A program made the position numbers and the translations under genes. From assembly GCA_964291265.2 (NCBI GenBank), contig OZ219747.1, positions 1,472,001 to 1,536,000 on the forward strand: DNA of 64,000 nt, in the 5' to 3' direction. The number at the start of each line of letters is the position of its first letter. Within the stretch, counting starts at the first letter, position 1. The notes beneath the pieces are model-generated. The model had not been told where the DNA came from. It saw only the letters and a program-made list of their open reading frames with translations, and made no database searches. This DNA is from Alphaproteobacteria bacterium. GTDB lineage: Bacteria; Pseudomonadota; Alphaproteobacteria; SP197. Shown here piece after piece: positions 19,986-30,051 of the stretch.

Positions 19986-20143
19986 GGCCCTGCTGGGTGC
20001 GGGCCCCGCCAAGACCGACCTTCTCCTGGTCGACACCGCTTTTCCGGACATCGGAATCGCGCTGTCGGAGGACCGTGCCCACTGGCGCAGGCACGCGCCG
20101 CCGTCGAACCCGGGCGAGGCGTTCCGGCCGGTGGCGCATGCCG

Positions 20144-21124
20144 TCAGGGGATGAGGACGGTGGACCCGGTCGTGCGCCGCTCCTCCATGAGTTCGTGGGC
20201 CCTTGCGATGTCGGCGAGATCGAAGGTCTGGCCGATGGTGACCTTCACCTTTCCGCTTCCCACCATGTCGAAGACGCGTCGGGCGCTGGCTTCGAGTTCG
20301 AGGCGCGTTGCCGTGTAGTCGTCGAACCTCGGCCGGGTCACGAAAATCGATCCCCTGGCCGCAAGCAGCAACACGCGGAAGGGTTCCGGCTCGCCCGAGG
20401 ACTGACCGAACGAGACAAGGGTGCCGCGCCGGGCGAGGCACGCGAGACTGGATTCGAAGGTCGTGCGGCCAATCGAATCGAACACCACCGGAACGCCCTC
20501 GCCGCCGGTCTCGATCTTCACCACGTCCTCGAGCGTGTCCTGGCCCCATACGACAGGGAGGTGACAGCCGTTCATGCGCGCGAGACGCGCCTTGGCGTCG
20601 GAGGAGACCGTCCCGATCACCCGGGCGCCGAGCGCTCTCGCCCACTGGCAGGCGATGAGGCCGACACCGCCTGCTGCCGCATGGAAGACGACTGTCTGGC
20701 CGCGGCGCACGGGAACGCAGCGCTCCAGCAGATACTCGACCGTCATGGCCTTGGTCATCACGGCGGCGGCAACCGTCTCGTCCATGTCCGCCGGCAGCCG
20801 CACCACGCGAGACGCATCGGCGTTCATCGCCTCGGCACAGTTCCCCGGACCGGAAAGAACGGCGACACGGTCCCCCGTGGCGAGGTGCCCGACACCGGCG
20901 CCGAGCGCCTCCACCACGCCCGCCGACTCCGAGCCGGACATGAAGGGAAGGTCGACGGGACAGAGACCCCTTCGTTCGTGGATGTCGTAGAAATTGAGCG
21001 CGATCGCGGTGTTGCGCACCCGCACCTCGCCGACGCCGGGAGGTCGAAGGACGGTGTCGACGAGTTCCAGGAACCGAGGACCGCCATAGCGCGTGAGACG
21101 CACGGCCCTCGTGGTGGCGCTCAC
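20144..21124 (-). CDS. qor: NADPH:quinone oxidoreductase (MDR/Qor family), copy 2
   Basis: HAAAGGVG, VFDSIG, FGQSSG, RRTTGSTVL. Confidence 0.88.
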   Translation of the reverse strand: MSATTRAVRLTRYGGPRFLELVDTVLRPPGVGEVRVRNTAIALNFYDIHERRGLCPVDLPFMSGSESAGVVEALGAGVGHLATGDRVAVLSGPGNCAEAMNADASRVVRLPADMDETVAAAVMTKAMTVEYLLERCVPVRRGQTVVFHAAAGGVGLIACQWARALGARVIGTVSSDAKARLARMNGCHLPVVWGQDTLEDVVKIETGGEGVPVVFDSIGRTTFESSLACLARRGTLVSFGQSSGEPEPFRVLLLAARGSIFVTRPRFDDYTATRLELEASARRVFDMVGSGKVKVTIGQTFDLADIARAHELMEERRTTGSTVLIP

Positions 21125-22092
21125 GGGAGGAGAACCGTCGAGCCCGTCGTCCGCCGGCCCTCGAGATCGCGGTGGGCGCGCTCGACATCGTCGAGAGGAT
21201 ACCTCTGGTTGACCTCGATGCGCACCCTGCCCGAGTCGACCATGGAGAAGAGGCGCCCTGCCGAAAGGTCGAGGTCCTCGCGGCTGGCAATGTAGTGGGC
21301 GAGGCCGGGCCGCGTGTAGTAGAGCGATCCGCCGGCGGCAAGGCGCGCCGGACTGAAGCTCTCGACCGGGCCCGATGACTGACCGAAGGAGACCAGTGTG
21401 CCGCGTGGCGCCAGGACCGCAAGGGACGCATCGAAGGTGTCCCGGCCGATGGAGTCATAAACCACCGGAACACCCTTGCCGCCGGTGATGTCCATCACCT
21501 TCTCGGCAATGTCCTCGCTCGAGGTCACGATCGGATAGTGGCATCCGTGGGCGGATGCGAGAGCGGCCTTTTCCCCGGTCGACACGGTTCCGATCACCCG
21601 GGCGCCCAGCGCTCTCGCCCACTGGCAGGCGATGAGACCGACCCCTCCCGCAGCGGCGTGAAAGAGAATGGTCTGCCCTTCCTGGACGGGGAATGTCCGC
21701 ATGAGCAGGTACTCCACCGTCATGCCCTTCAGCATCATGGCGGCGGCGGTCTCGTCCGATACGCCGTCGGGGATCCTGACCAGGCGGTCTGCCGGCATGA
21801 TGCGCTCCTCGGCGTAGGCGCCGACGGTCATCGGGTAGGCGACCCGGTCACCGACGCCAGGATTCGCGACGCCGGGACCGAGCGCCGTGACGATGCCCGC
21901 GGCCTCCATGCCCAGGGTGGCGGGCAAGGCGAGGGGATAGAGGCCGGAACGCTGATAGGTGTCGATGAAATTGAGGCCGATCGCGGTCTGGCGGACCAGG
22001 ACTTCGCCCGCTCCCGGTCGGCCCGTGTCGACCGTCTCGAGGGTCAGGACCTCGGGGCCACCGGTCCTGTGGATGCGTACGGCACGTGTCAT
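21121..22092 (-). CDS. qor: NADPH:quinone oxidoreductase (MDR/Qor family), copy 1
   Basis: GLNFIDTYQRSGLY, LKGMT, HAAAGGVG, RRTTGS. Confidence 0.93.
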   Translation of the reverse strand: MTRAVRIHRTGGPEVLTLETVDTGRPGAGEVLVRQTAIGLNFIDTYQRSGLYPLALPATLGMEAAGIVTALGPGVANPGVGDRVAYPMTVGAYAEERIMPADRLVRIPDGVSDETAAAMMLKGMTVEYLLMRTFPVQEGQTILFHAAAGGVGLIACQWARALGARVIGTVSTGEKAALASAHGCHYPIVTSSEDIAEKVMDITGGKGVPVVYDSIGRDTFDASLAVLAPRGTLVSFGQSSGPVESFSPARLAAGGSLYYTRPGLAHYIASREDLDLSAGRLFSMVDSGRVRIEVNQRYPLDDVERAHRDLEGRRTTGSTVLLP

Positions 22093-22137
22093 GAGTCTCT
22101 CCTTCAATCTCCGGACGGAGTCCGGAAGGTGGTGGCG

Positions 22138-23130
22138 TCAGTGGACGGAATCGCGGACCAGCGGGCAGGTGGAACAGTGGATGCCGCCACCGTTGAGATA
22201 GACCTTGTCGTAGTCGATCTCGATGATCTCGATGTTCATCGAGGCGAGAGTGTCGGCTGTCCGGTTGGAGATGCCGCGTGGCATGACGACACGGCCGGGC
22301 CGGACCGCAAGGCAGTTGATGATGGCGTGGTTGTCCCGGGCCGTGATCTCGACGGTGCGGATGCCGAGCTCCTTCAGCTTCTCGAGAAAGGCAAAGGGAA
22401 GCATGTCGGGATCGATGATGGCGACGTCGACGTCGATCATCGTCATGGCGCCGTCGATGTGGATGGAATAGCCGGTGAGATCGACGCGCAGCAGTTCGGC
22501 ACCCTGCCAGGCCAGCACTTCCTCGAGCTGGCGCGCACCCTCCTCGTTGACGCAGATGGACCGGCCGATGACAGCCGTGCGGTGATTGAGCCAGGCGAAA
22601 CTGCCGCCTTCCACCATGCCCGTGCCGTGGATGGTGCGCAGGACCGGCATGCCGAGACCGGCGATCGTCTTCGTGACGTGAGTCTCCTCGCCGCGGCGAA
22701 TCGAGCGCGCCAGGCGGCAGATCACGCTGCCTCCCTTGATGGCGACCGACGAATCGCGGGTGTAGATGGATTTCAGCCCATCGGGTTCGATGCTGTCCAG
22801 AAAGACCACCTCGACACCCTCGTTCTGCAATGTGCGGACCAGACCGTCGTGCTGCGCGCGGAACTCGTCCCAGTCAGGAACCGTGTCGCTCTGGAAGTAC
22901 CAGCCCCGGTCGAGGTCTCCGAACGAACCGATCTCCTCGATCCGCCGGGTGCGGTCGACGATTTCCATCTCGGGCCCGGGACGGTGCATGAGGCAGACGC
23001 GCAGGGTGCCGACATCGTTGTCGCATCCCCACTGCCGGCCCCACACGGATGTCTGCCCGGCTTCGCTCTCGAAGGCAGGCTCCGGGTGGGAGCCGAAGAG
23101 CTTGATGGTCTGTCCGTAGATGCTCGTCAT
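22138..23130 (-). CDS. Amidinotransferase / dimethylarginine dimethylaminohydrolase / arginine deiminase family protein
   Basis: IYTRD, RRGE, VEGG, HID, GGGIHCST pentein motifs; start at MTSIYG. Confidence 0.88.
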   Translation of the reverse strand: MTSIYGQTIKLFGSHPEPAFESEAGQTSVWGRQWGCDNDVGTLRVCLMHRPGPEMEIVDRTRRIEEIGSFGDLDRGWYFQSDTVPDWDEFRAQHDGLVRTLQNEGVEVVFLDSIEPDGLKSIYTRDSSVAIKGGSVICRLARSIRRGEETHVTKTIAGLGMPVLRTIHGTGMVEGGSFAWLNHRTAVIGRSICVNEEGARQLEEVLAWQGAELLRVDLTGYSIHIDGAMTMIDVDVAIIDPDMLPFAFLEKLKELGIRTVEITARDNHAIINCLAVRPGRVVMPRGISNRTADTLASMNIEIIEIDYDKVYLNGGGIHCSTCPLVRDSVH

Positions 23131-23325
23131 GGTTCTGGTCCGGTTCTCGTGGAGTACGCGGTCTTTCTCGCCCGCCGGCCGGTTCCGGGTCAAGCCTCGC
23201 AGGCGAAGGGCCTCGCGTGGGACAGGACCGCACTCCTCGAGGTGTCGTGACAATTGATGAGTTGCCGAGACGCCCCCTTCTCTGGAATGATCCCCTCGAT
23301 CAGCAGACGGGGGAGAAGGTCTGAC

Positions 23326-24192
23326 ATGCGGTACGAAGCACCGCGAACACTCGCTGACGCTACGGGAATGCTGGCATCGAGCCAGGGTGCGGCGCGTGTC
23401 CTGGCCGGCGGCACCGATCTTCTCGTTGCCCTGCGTTCCGGTCTTGTTGAGCCGGAGCTCGTTGTTGACATCAAGCGTATCCCGGGGATGGAGGACATCG
23501 TTGCCGAAGACGGCGGCTGGCGTGTCGGCGCTGCGGTCCCGGGAGCGGTCCTGTCGCGCCATGACGGCGTGCGCCGTGCCTGGCCTGGCGTTGTCGAGGC
23601 CGTGGAGCTGATCGGTTCGACGCAAATTCAGGGGCGCGCCACCATGGTCGGCAATCTCTGCAACGCCTCGCCGGCGGCCGACAGCGTGCCGGCGATGATG
23701 ACGGCCGGCGCCCTGGTGCGCATTGCCGGACCGGACGGGCGGGAGCGCGATGTTCCGGTCGGCGATGTGGCGACAGGTCCCGGAGTTACCTCGCTCGTTC
23801 CGGGGGAGGTGGTGGCGTCGGTCTTCCTGCCGGCGGTCCCGGCGCGGACTGCCGACGCCTATCTCAGGCTCATTCCGCGAACCGAGATGGACATTGCCGT
23901 GGTCGGCGCTGCGGTCAGCCTGACGCTGGATGACGGTGGTGTCTGCACCGCCGCGAAAGTGGTGCTCGGCGCCGTCGGGCCCCGGGCCCTGGCGGTGGAG
24001 GATGGCGCTGCGGCCATCATCGGCACGACTCTCGATGACGAAGCCCTGGTCGCCCTCGAGGCGGCGGCCTCGGCGGCGGCGCGGCCGATCGACGACAAGC
24101 GCGGTACTGCGCCCTACCGCAGGAAAGTGGCAGGAGTGCTCGCCCGCCGGGCGGCGTACATTGCCGGAACGCGAGCCGGAGAAGGATCATGA
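23326..24192 (+). CDS. Xanthine dehydrogenase family FAD-binding (medium, CoxM-like) subunit
   Basis: LAGGTDL, ATMVGNLCNASPAAD, PIDDKRGT. Confidence 0.93.
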   Translation: MRYEAPRTLADATGMLASSQGAARVLAGGTDLLVALRSGLVEPELVVDIKRIPGMEDIVAEDGGWRVGAAVPGAVLSRHDGVRRAWPGVVEAVELIGSTQIQGRATMVGNLCNASPAADSVPAMMTAGALVRIAGPDGRERDVPVGDVATGPGVTSLVPGEVVASVFLPAVPARTADAYLRLIPRTEMDIAVVGAAVSLTLDDGGVCTAAKVVLGAVGPRALAVEDGAAAIIGTTLDDEALVALEAAASAAARPIDDKRGTAPYRRKVAGVLARRAAYIAGTRAGEGS

Positions 24193-24665
24193 GTCTTCAG
24201 CATGTCACGACAAGGGTGAACGGCGATGCGGCGGAGTTCCTGTGCGATGCCACGGAGACCCTGCTCGATGCCCTGCGCGATCGCCTCGGCCTCACCGGAT
24301 CGAAGGAGGGGTGCGCATCGGGTGACTGCGGCGCCTGTTCGGTGATGCTTGACGGCCGCCTGGTGTGTGCCTGCCTGGTGCTGGCGGCGGAAACGGACGG
24401 CCGCGAGGTCGAGACCATCGAAGGCATGGCCGGAACCGGGAAACTCCATCCCCTGCAGACGAAGTTTCTCGAACTCGGGGCGCTGCAGTGCGGCGTCTGC
24501 ACTCCGGGGTTCCTCGTTGCCGCGAAGGCCCTTCTGGAGGAAAATCCCGATCCCGACGAGACCGAGGTGCGCTACTGGCTCGCCGGCAACCTGTGCCGCT
24601 GCACCGGCTACGACAAGATCATTCGCGCGGTGCTGGAAACCGCTGCAGACCTGAGGGGACAGTGA
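24189..24665 (+). CDS. Xanthine dehydrogenase family 2Fe-2S (small, CoxS-like) subunit
   Basis: GCASGDCGAC, QCGVCTPG, NLCRCTGY. Confidence 0.95.
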   Translation: MSLQHVTTRVNGDAAEFLCDATETLLDALRDRLGLTGSKEGCASGDCGACSVMLDGRLVCACLVLAAETDGREVETIEGMAGTGKLHPLQTKFLELGALQCGVCTPGFLVAAKALLEENPDPDETEVRYWLAGNLCRCTGYDKIIRAVLETAADLRGQ

Positions 24666-24668
24666 TCC

Positions 24669-26945
24669 ATGGAGCTCGAATTCACCACCCGAACGACATT
24701 CGACAAGGTCGGAACCCGTCCCGTCCGCCCCGACGGCACCGACAAGGTCACGGGCCGGGCGCTCTATGGCGCCGATCTCGTCAGCGCCGGCATGCTTGTC
24801 GGCAAGGTGCTGCGCAGCCCCCATGCCCACGCCCGCATCCTGGCCATCGACACCTCCAGGGCCCGGGCCCTGTCAGGCGTCAAGGCGGTCGTCACCCGCG
24901 ACGACTTTCCGGACCTCGGCCCGGGCGGAACGGTGAAGGGAGAGGTCGAAGAGAACGTCTGGGACGTGGCCCGCAACGTCATGGCCCGGGAGAAGGCGCT
25001 CTACGAGGGCCATGCGGTCGCCGCCGTGGCGGCGACATCGACGGCGGTAGCCCGACAGGCGCTCAAGCACATCGATGTCACCTGGCAGGTGCTTCCCCAT
25101 GTCACGGACATCGACGAGGCCATGAAGCCGGGCGCGCCCCTGGTACACGAGGACATGATCACGGCCGGCATGGATCCGGCACCGGAAGAGCCGTCCAACA
25201 TCGCCGAGTACACCAGGATCGAAATGGGCGACACCGAAGCCGGATTCGCCGCTGCCGATGTCATTGTCGAGCAGACATTCAGGACCGAGGCTGCGCATCA
25301 GGGCTATATCGAGCCCCATGCCTGCGTGGCTTCGGCTTCCGAGGACGGCGTCGCCGAGTTGTGGTGCTGCACCCAGGGTCACTTCTCCGTCCGCGACATG
25401 TGCGCCAGCATCCTGGGCATGGACCTTGCGGACCTGCGTGTGACATCCTCGGAGATCGGCGGCGGGTTCGGCGGGAAGACGACCGTCTTTCTCGAGCCCG
25501 TGGCCCTTCTCCTGTCACGCAAGTCCGGCCGGCCGGTCAAGATGACGATGAGCCGCGACGAGGTCTTCCGGGCTTCCGGTCCCACGTCTTCGACGAGCAT
25601 CACGGCAAGGATCGGCGCCACCCGGGATGGCCGGATCACGGTCTGCGACGCCTCCTTCAGGTACCAGGGAGGCGCATTCCCCGGGTCCCCGGTGAGCTAC
25701 GGAGCCGTGTGCGGCATGGCTCCCTATGACTGCCCGAACGTGACTCTGCAGTGTTATGACGTGGTGGTGAACCGTCCCAAGGCCGCCGCCTATCGAGCGC
25801 CAGGCGCGCCGATGGCTTCGTTCGCCATCGAATCCCTTATCGACGACATCGCGCTCAAGCTCGACATCGATCCTGTCGAGCTGCGTCTGAGGAACGCCGT
25901 GAAGCAGGGTTCGAGTTCCGTCTATGGCCCGACGTTCGGCCCCATCGGGTTCGTGGAATGCCTCGAGGCGGCGCGGAATCATCCTTCTCTCGAGATCCCT
26001 CCCGGAGCCCATCAGGCGAGGGGCATCGCCGCCGGTTTCTGGCCGAACTACGGTGGCCAGACCAGCGTCACGGTCAACGTCAACAACGACGGCACCGTTC
26101 TGGTGTCGCTGGGCACGCCCGACATCGGCGGCAGCCGCGCCAGCATGTGCCTGATGGCCGCCGAGGAACTCCGGATTCCCTACGAGAGGGTGAAGGCGAT
26201 CATCGCCGATACCAGCGCGCTCGGGCACAACGACACCACCGGAGGCAGCCGGGTCACACATTCGGCCGGTCTCGCCACCATCGAGGCGTCGCGCAAGGTC
26301 ATCGACACCATGAAGGAGCGCGCCGCGGCGCTCTGGGACATCGAGGTCGACGCCGTGGTCTGGGACCAGGGGTGCGTGCGTCCCTCGGGCGCCAATGCCG
26401 GCGACCACGAACCGCTCACCTTCGAAGCGATTGCCGCCATGGCGCCTTCCACCGGCGGGCCGATCGCCGGCCATGCGGAAATCAATGCGGAGGGCGCCGG
26501 GGCGAGCTTTGCCGTGCATGTCTGCGATCTCGAGGTGGATCCGGAAACCGGGCGGGTCACCATCCTGCGCTACCTCGCGGTCCAGGATGCAGGAAAGGCC
26601 ATCCATCCCGACTATGTCGAAGGCCAGTACCAGGGTGGAGTCGCCCAGGGCATCGGCTGGGCTCTCAACGAGGAGTACATCTACGGCAGCGACGGGGTCC
26701 TGCAGAACCCGGGCTTTCTGGATTACCGCATTCCCGTCGCCTCCGACCTGCCGATGATCGACACCGTCATCGTCGAGGTGCCCAATCCCGGCCACCCCTA
26801 CGGCGTGCGCGGTGTCGGTGAAACACCGATCGTGCCGCCCCTTGCGGCGGTGGCCAATGCCGTGTCGCGCGCCGTTGACCGGCGCATGACCGAGACCCCG
26901 ATGTCGCCTCCGCGCATTGTCGCGGCCATCGACGGGTCGCCATGA
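24669..26945 (+). CDS. Xanthine dehydrogenase family molybdopterin-binding (large) subunit
   Basis: DKVTGRALY, GGGFGGK, AYRAPG, GQYQGG, RGVGE. Confidence 0.95.
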   Translation: MELEFTTRTTFDKVGTRPVRPDGTDKVTGRALYGADLVSAGMLVGKVLRSPHAHARILAIDTSRARALSGVKAVVTRDDFPDLGPGGTVKGEVEENVWDVARNVMAREKALYEGHAVAAVAATSTAVARQALKHIDVTWQVLPHVTDIDEAMKPGAPLVHEDMITAGMDPAPEEPSNIAEYTRIEMGDTEAGFAAADVIVEQTFRTEAAHQGYIEPHACVASASEDGVAELWCCTQGHFSVRDMCASILGMDLADLRVTSSEIGGGFGGKTTVFLEPVALLLSRKSGRPVKMTMSRDEVFRASGPTSSTSITARIGATRDGRITVCDASFRYQGGAFPGSPVSYGAVCGMAPYDCPNVTLQCYDVVVNRPKAAAYRAPGAPMASFAIESLIDDIALKLDIDPVELRLRNAVKQGSSSVYGPTFGPIGFVECLEAARNHPSLEIPPGAHQARGIAAGFWPNYGGQTSVTVNVNNDGTVLVSLGTPDIGGSRASMCLMAAEELRIPYERVKAIIADTSALGHNDTTGGSRVTHSAGLATIEASRKVIDTMKERAAALWDIEVDAVVWDQGCVRPSGANAGDHEPLTFEAIAAMAPSTGGPIAGHAEINAEGAGASFAVHVCDLEVDPETGRVTILRYLAVQDAGKAIHPDYVEGQYQGGVAQGIGWALNEEYIYGSDGVLQNPGFLDYRIPVASDLPMIDTVIVEVPNPGHPYGVRGVGETPIVPPLAAVANAVSRAVDRRMTETPMSPPRIVAAIDGSP

Positions 26946-27187
26946 TCGACGTCCGGCTCGGCGCGACGCTGCGTTCCAGGGCGGGTGGACGGCAGTCGTT
27001 TCCGGTCGAGGCCGGCACGGTCGGGCAGGTGCTCGAGCGTCTCCAGGGCGCCTATCCCGAGCTCTCCCCCGTGCTCGATCGGGGTGTGGCGATTGCCATC
27101 GACGGCCGCATCTACCGCGATTCGCTGCTGCAGCGCGTGCCGGACGGCGCGGAGGTCTATCTCATGCCGCGCGTTGCCGGTGGGTAG
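26942..27187 (+). CDS. MoaD/ThiS family sulfur-carrier protein
   Basis: 81 aa, ubiquitin-like size, C-terminal PRVAGG. Confidence 0.88.
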   Translation: MIDVRLGATLRSRAGGRQSFPVEAGTVGQVLERLQGAYPELSPVLDRGVAIAIDGRIYRDSLLQRVPDGAEVYLMPRVAGG

Positions 27188-27189
27188 TC

Positions 27190-28017
27190 ATGGCGGTCCT
27201 TGATCCTGTCACGCCAGGAGGAGAGGACTCGGCGCAGGCGTTCCGCAGGGACGGCGTGGTCTGTCTGCGCGGAGTGTTCGCCGAGTGGGTCGACATGCTC
27301 CGTCTGGGGATCGAGAGGAACCTCGACGAACCCGGAGAGGACGCGAAGCTCTACCGCGACAAGGACGGCAGGCTGTTCATGAGTGATTACTGCAACTGGC
27401 AGAGAATTCCGGAATACGAGACCTTCGCCCGGCAGGGCCCGGGCGCCCGGATCGCGGCCGAACTCATGGGCTCCGCAACGGCTCGATTGTTCCACGAGCA
27501 CGTGCTCGTCAAGGAGGCCGGCGCCGATCTCGGGACGCCGTGGCACCACGATCAGCCCTACTATTGCGTCGACGGCCGGCAGAATGTCTCCATGTGGGTG
27601 CCGGTGGATCCGGTGGCGCGCGACACCAGCCCGGAGTTCATTGCCGGTTCGCACAACTGGCAGCGTACCTTCACGCCCGAGCGGTTCGACGGCCAGCCGC
27701 TCTACGGAGACGACGACCACGAGTCGCTGCCAGACATCAACGCCGACCGTTCGGCCTTCGATGTTCGCGGCTTCGACCTCGATCCGGGCGATGCCGTCTG
27801 CTTCCACTTCCTGACGGTCCATGGCGCACCGGCCAACCGTTCCCTCGTGACGCCGAGGCGGGCCATCTCCATGAGATGGATCGGCGACGATGCACGCTTT
27901 GCGGCGCGGCCCGGTCCGACATCCCCGCCCTTCCGGGGCGTCACCCTCGAGCCGGGCGCCGACATGATCGCGCCCGAGTTTCCTCTCTGCTGGTCCCGGG
28001 CGTCGTGCCTCACCTGA
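27190..28017 (+). CDS. PhyH-family Fe(II)/2-oxoglutarate dioxygenase
   Basis: FRRDGVVCLRG, TPWHHDQPY (HxD), VHGA, RRAIS. Confidence 0.92.
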   Translation: MAVLDPVTPGGEDSAQAFRRDGVVCLRGVFAEWVDMLRLGIERNLDEPGEDAKLYRDKDGRLFMSDYCNWQRIPEYETFARQGPGARIAAELMGSATARLFHEHVLVKEAGADLGTPWHHDQPYYCVDGRQNVSMWVPVDPVARDTSPEFIAGSHNWQRTFTPERFDGQPLYGDDDHESLPDINADRSAFDVRGFDLDPGDAVCFHFLTVHGAPANRSLVTPRRAISMRWIGDDARFAARPGPTSPPFRGVTLEPGADMIAPEFPLCWSRASCLT

Positions 28018-29015
28018 CCACGGGCACGAGCCGGAGCCGACTCTTCACCCCCGGTGCAGGTGACACCGCCGCGGCCGTCGGCAACGCCGGGGTCGATGCG
28101 GTGGCGACGGTGACCCTGATTCTCTGGATCGAAGAGGTATGCGGCGACATCCTGCACCCGGCGCTCAAGGCGGGCGAGGCATCCGTCGGCGCCCGGGTCG
28201 CCGTCGATCACTCGGGTCCCGCCTGGACGGCAAGGCCCGTCGCCGTCGAGGCCAGGATCACGGCGGTCGCCGGACGCAGGGTCGCCTTTGCCGTGGCCGC
28301 ACGCCAGGACGACCGCGAGGTGATGACGGGGGAGCACGTCAGGGTCGTCGTCTCCCTGGCGCGGTTCCTCGAGGACGGCTCCCGCGCCGCGCCGCAAGCA
28401 GCGCCTGCCGCAGGCGAACGGGTCTCCTTCTGGTTCGACGTCATCTCGCCCTGGTCCTACCTCGCCTCGCTCGCCATCGGCCGGCTGGCGCGGCGCCGGG
28501 GAGTCGGCGTCGACTGGCGGCCGCTCCATCTCGCCAGTCTCATGGAGACGGTCGATGGCATGAGACCCATGGAACAGAGTCCGCAGCGCCGCGCCTGGTA
28601 TCTCCAGGACATCGAGGATCGCATGGCCGAAGCGGGACTGCCTTACCATCCGCATGCCGGGCAGCCGATGAGGCCGTCGCGGGCGCTGCGCTGCATGGCC
28701 CACGCCGCGGACATGAACCTTGCCGAACCCTTCGTGGAACAGGTGATGCGCGGTTACTGGGCCGAAGGTGCGGACATCACCGATCCGGACTTCCTCCAGG
28801 AGGTGGCAGAGAGGGTGGGGCTCGGTCCCCGATCCATGGCCGACATTGCCGCCGACCCCCACTACAAGGCGGTCATTGCCGCCAACACCCGCGAGGCCGT
28901 CGCGGCCGGCCTTTTCGGCGTTCCGGCCTTCATCTTCCGCGACAAGCTCTACTTCGGCAGCGATCGCATGGACATGCTTGACGCGGCCCTGGCGTCTCCG
29001 GCGCAGCCGCCATGA
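28005..29015 (+). CDS. Fusion of FlK-like hotdog thioesterase and 2-hydroxychromene-2-carboxylate isomerase (DsbA/kappa-GST) domain
   Basis: N-half AVGN..V.AVAT..LILWIEE...SVG..V.VDH...GEHVR; C-half FWFDVISPWSYL...GLFGVPAF...YFGSDR; GTG start inferred. Confidence 0.82.
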   Translation: MPHLTTGTSRSRLFTPGAGDTAAAVGNAGVDAVATVTLILWIEEVCGDILHPALKAGEASVGARVAVDHSGPAWTARPVAVEARITAVAGRRVAFAVAARQDDREVMTGEHVRVVVSLARFLEDGSRAAPQAAPAAGERVSFWFDVISPWSYLASLAIGRLARRRGVGVDWRPLHLASLMETVDGMRPMEQSPQRRAWYLQDIEDRMAEAGLPYHPHAGQPMRPSRALRCMAHAADMNLAEPFVEQVMRGYWAEGADITDPDFLQEVAERVGLGPRSMADIAADPHYKAVIAANTREAVAAGLFGVPAFIFRDKLYFGSDRMDMLDAALASPAQPP

Positions 29016-29549
29016 TGGAGCGCCTTGCTGGCCAGGGGTATCGTCAGGTCCGCTGCGAACGAGCATCCGCTTGACGTCACGGCAGCCGCAGTCCGCGCAC
29101 TCGATCATTGAAGTGCAAGCGTTCGTTCACGCAGTGACAGGGGCATGAAGGAACTGAGCGAATTCTGGCGAGCTGGGACGGTTCGTCGTTGTCACCGTCA
29201 TCGTCAACCTCTGACCGAACGCTTGCCGAGTGCCTGCTTGACGATATGCTGACCGGCCGGAGATGACGGGACGATCGATGCGCTGTGCGGATTGGCCCGG
29301 CGTCAACACGGACCCGGCCATCCTCGATCGTCCGGTCCCCGGTGCTCTCGGGCGCGACACGTCTTGAAACCGGCCTGCGGCATGGGTTACTGATGACCTC
29401 GGGTCGGTTGCGGGCGCGGCGGCCCGGGTTTCGCGACGGACGGGAGGGCAAGGTCATGACGCGGACGCCAGGCGATATCGGGATGCATGACCTGCGGCTC
29501 TTCGGGCGGAGCGTGAGCGCCTCGCGCACGTGCGAACCCGAACTCGTTA

Positions 29550-29568
29550 CCCCCCCCCCCCCCCCCCC
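29550..29568. repeat. C19 homopolymer
   Basis: Direct reading of the sequence. Confidence 0.9.
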
Positions 29569-29689
29569 TCAAGAGTCAGGGCGCGGGGCTCTCCCTCGGC
29601 CTCGAGGGCGCGCACCGGCCGGGTCCGGTCACCGAAGACAGCCTCATGCTGCGCGGCGCCCTCAACTGGTAGGAGAGGCGCGTTGAGGT

Positions 29690-30051
29690 CCTAGCACGGC
29701 GCCCGTGACCTGCCCGACGCGTTCCGCGGCGGCTTCGATATCGCGGTCGGCAAGACGGGCGTAGCGCAGGGTCATCCGCACATTGGAATGGCCGAGCAGG
29801 CGGGAGGCCATCGGTACGGCACGCCGTTCATGACGGCATGGCTGGTCATGGTATGGTTCACATCCGTGATCGCGGCTTCGCGTCTGACGCGATGCCAGAG
29901 CGGCAGGTCGGGGTCGCGCGGCAAGGGGAACACGAATGGACTATCCGTGCGCGATGCTGATCGAGAATGGTCGTCTTGATCTTGTTGCCGAGCGGGACCG
30001 TCCTCGGTCCCGTCTTGGAGTCGCGCAGGAACTGTTTGCCGTCGCGGAAGC
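29690..30051 (-). pseudogene. Tyrosine recombinase/phage integrase, C-terminal remnant
   Basis: LRDSKTGPRTVPL, LWHRVRREAAITDV, SHAVMNGVP, LLGHSNVRMTLRYARLADRDIEAAAERVG in shifting frames; the HDLRH motif is deleted. Confidence 0.8.
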
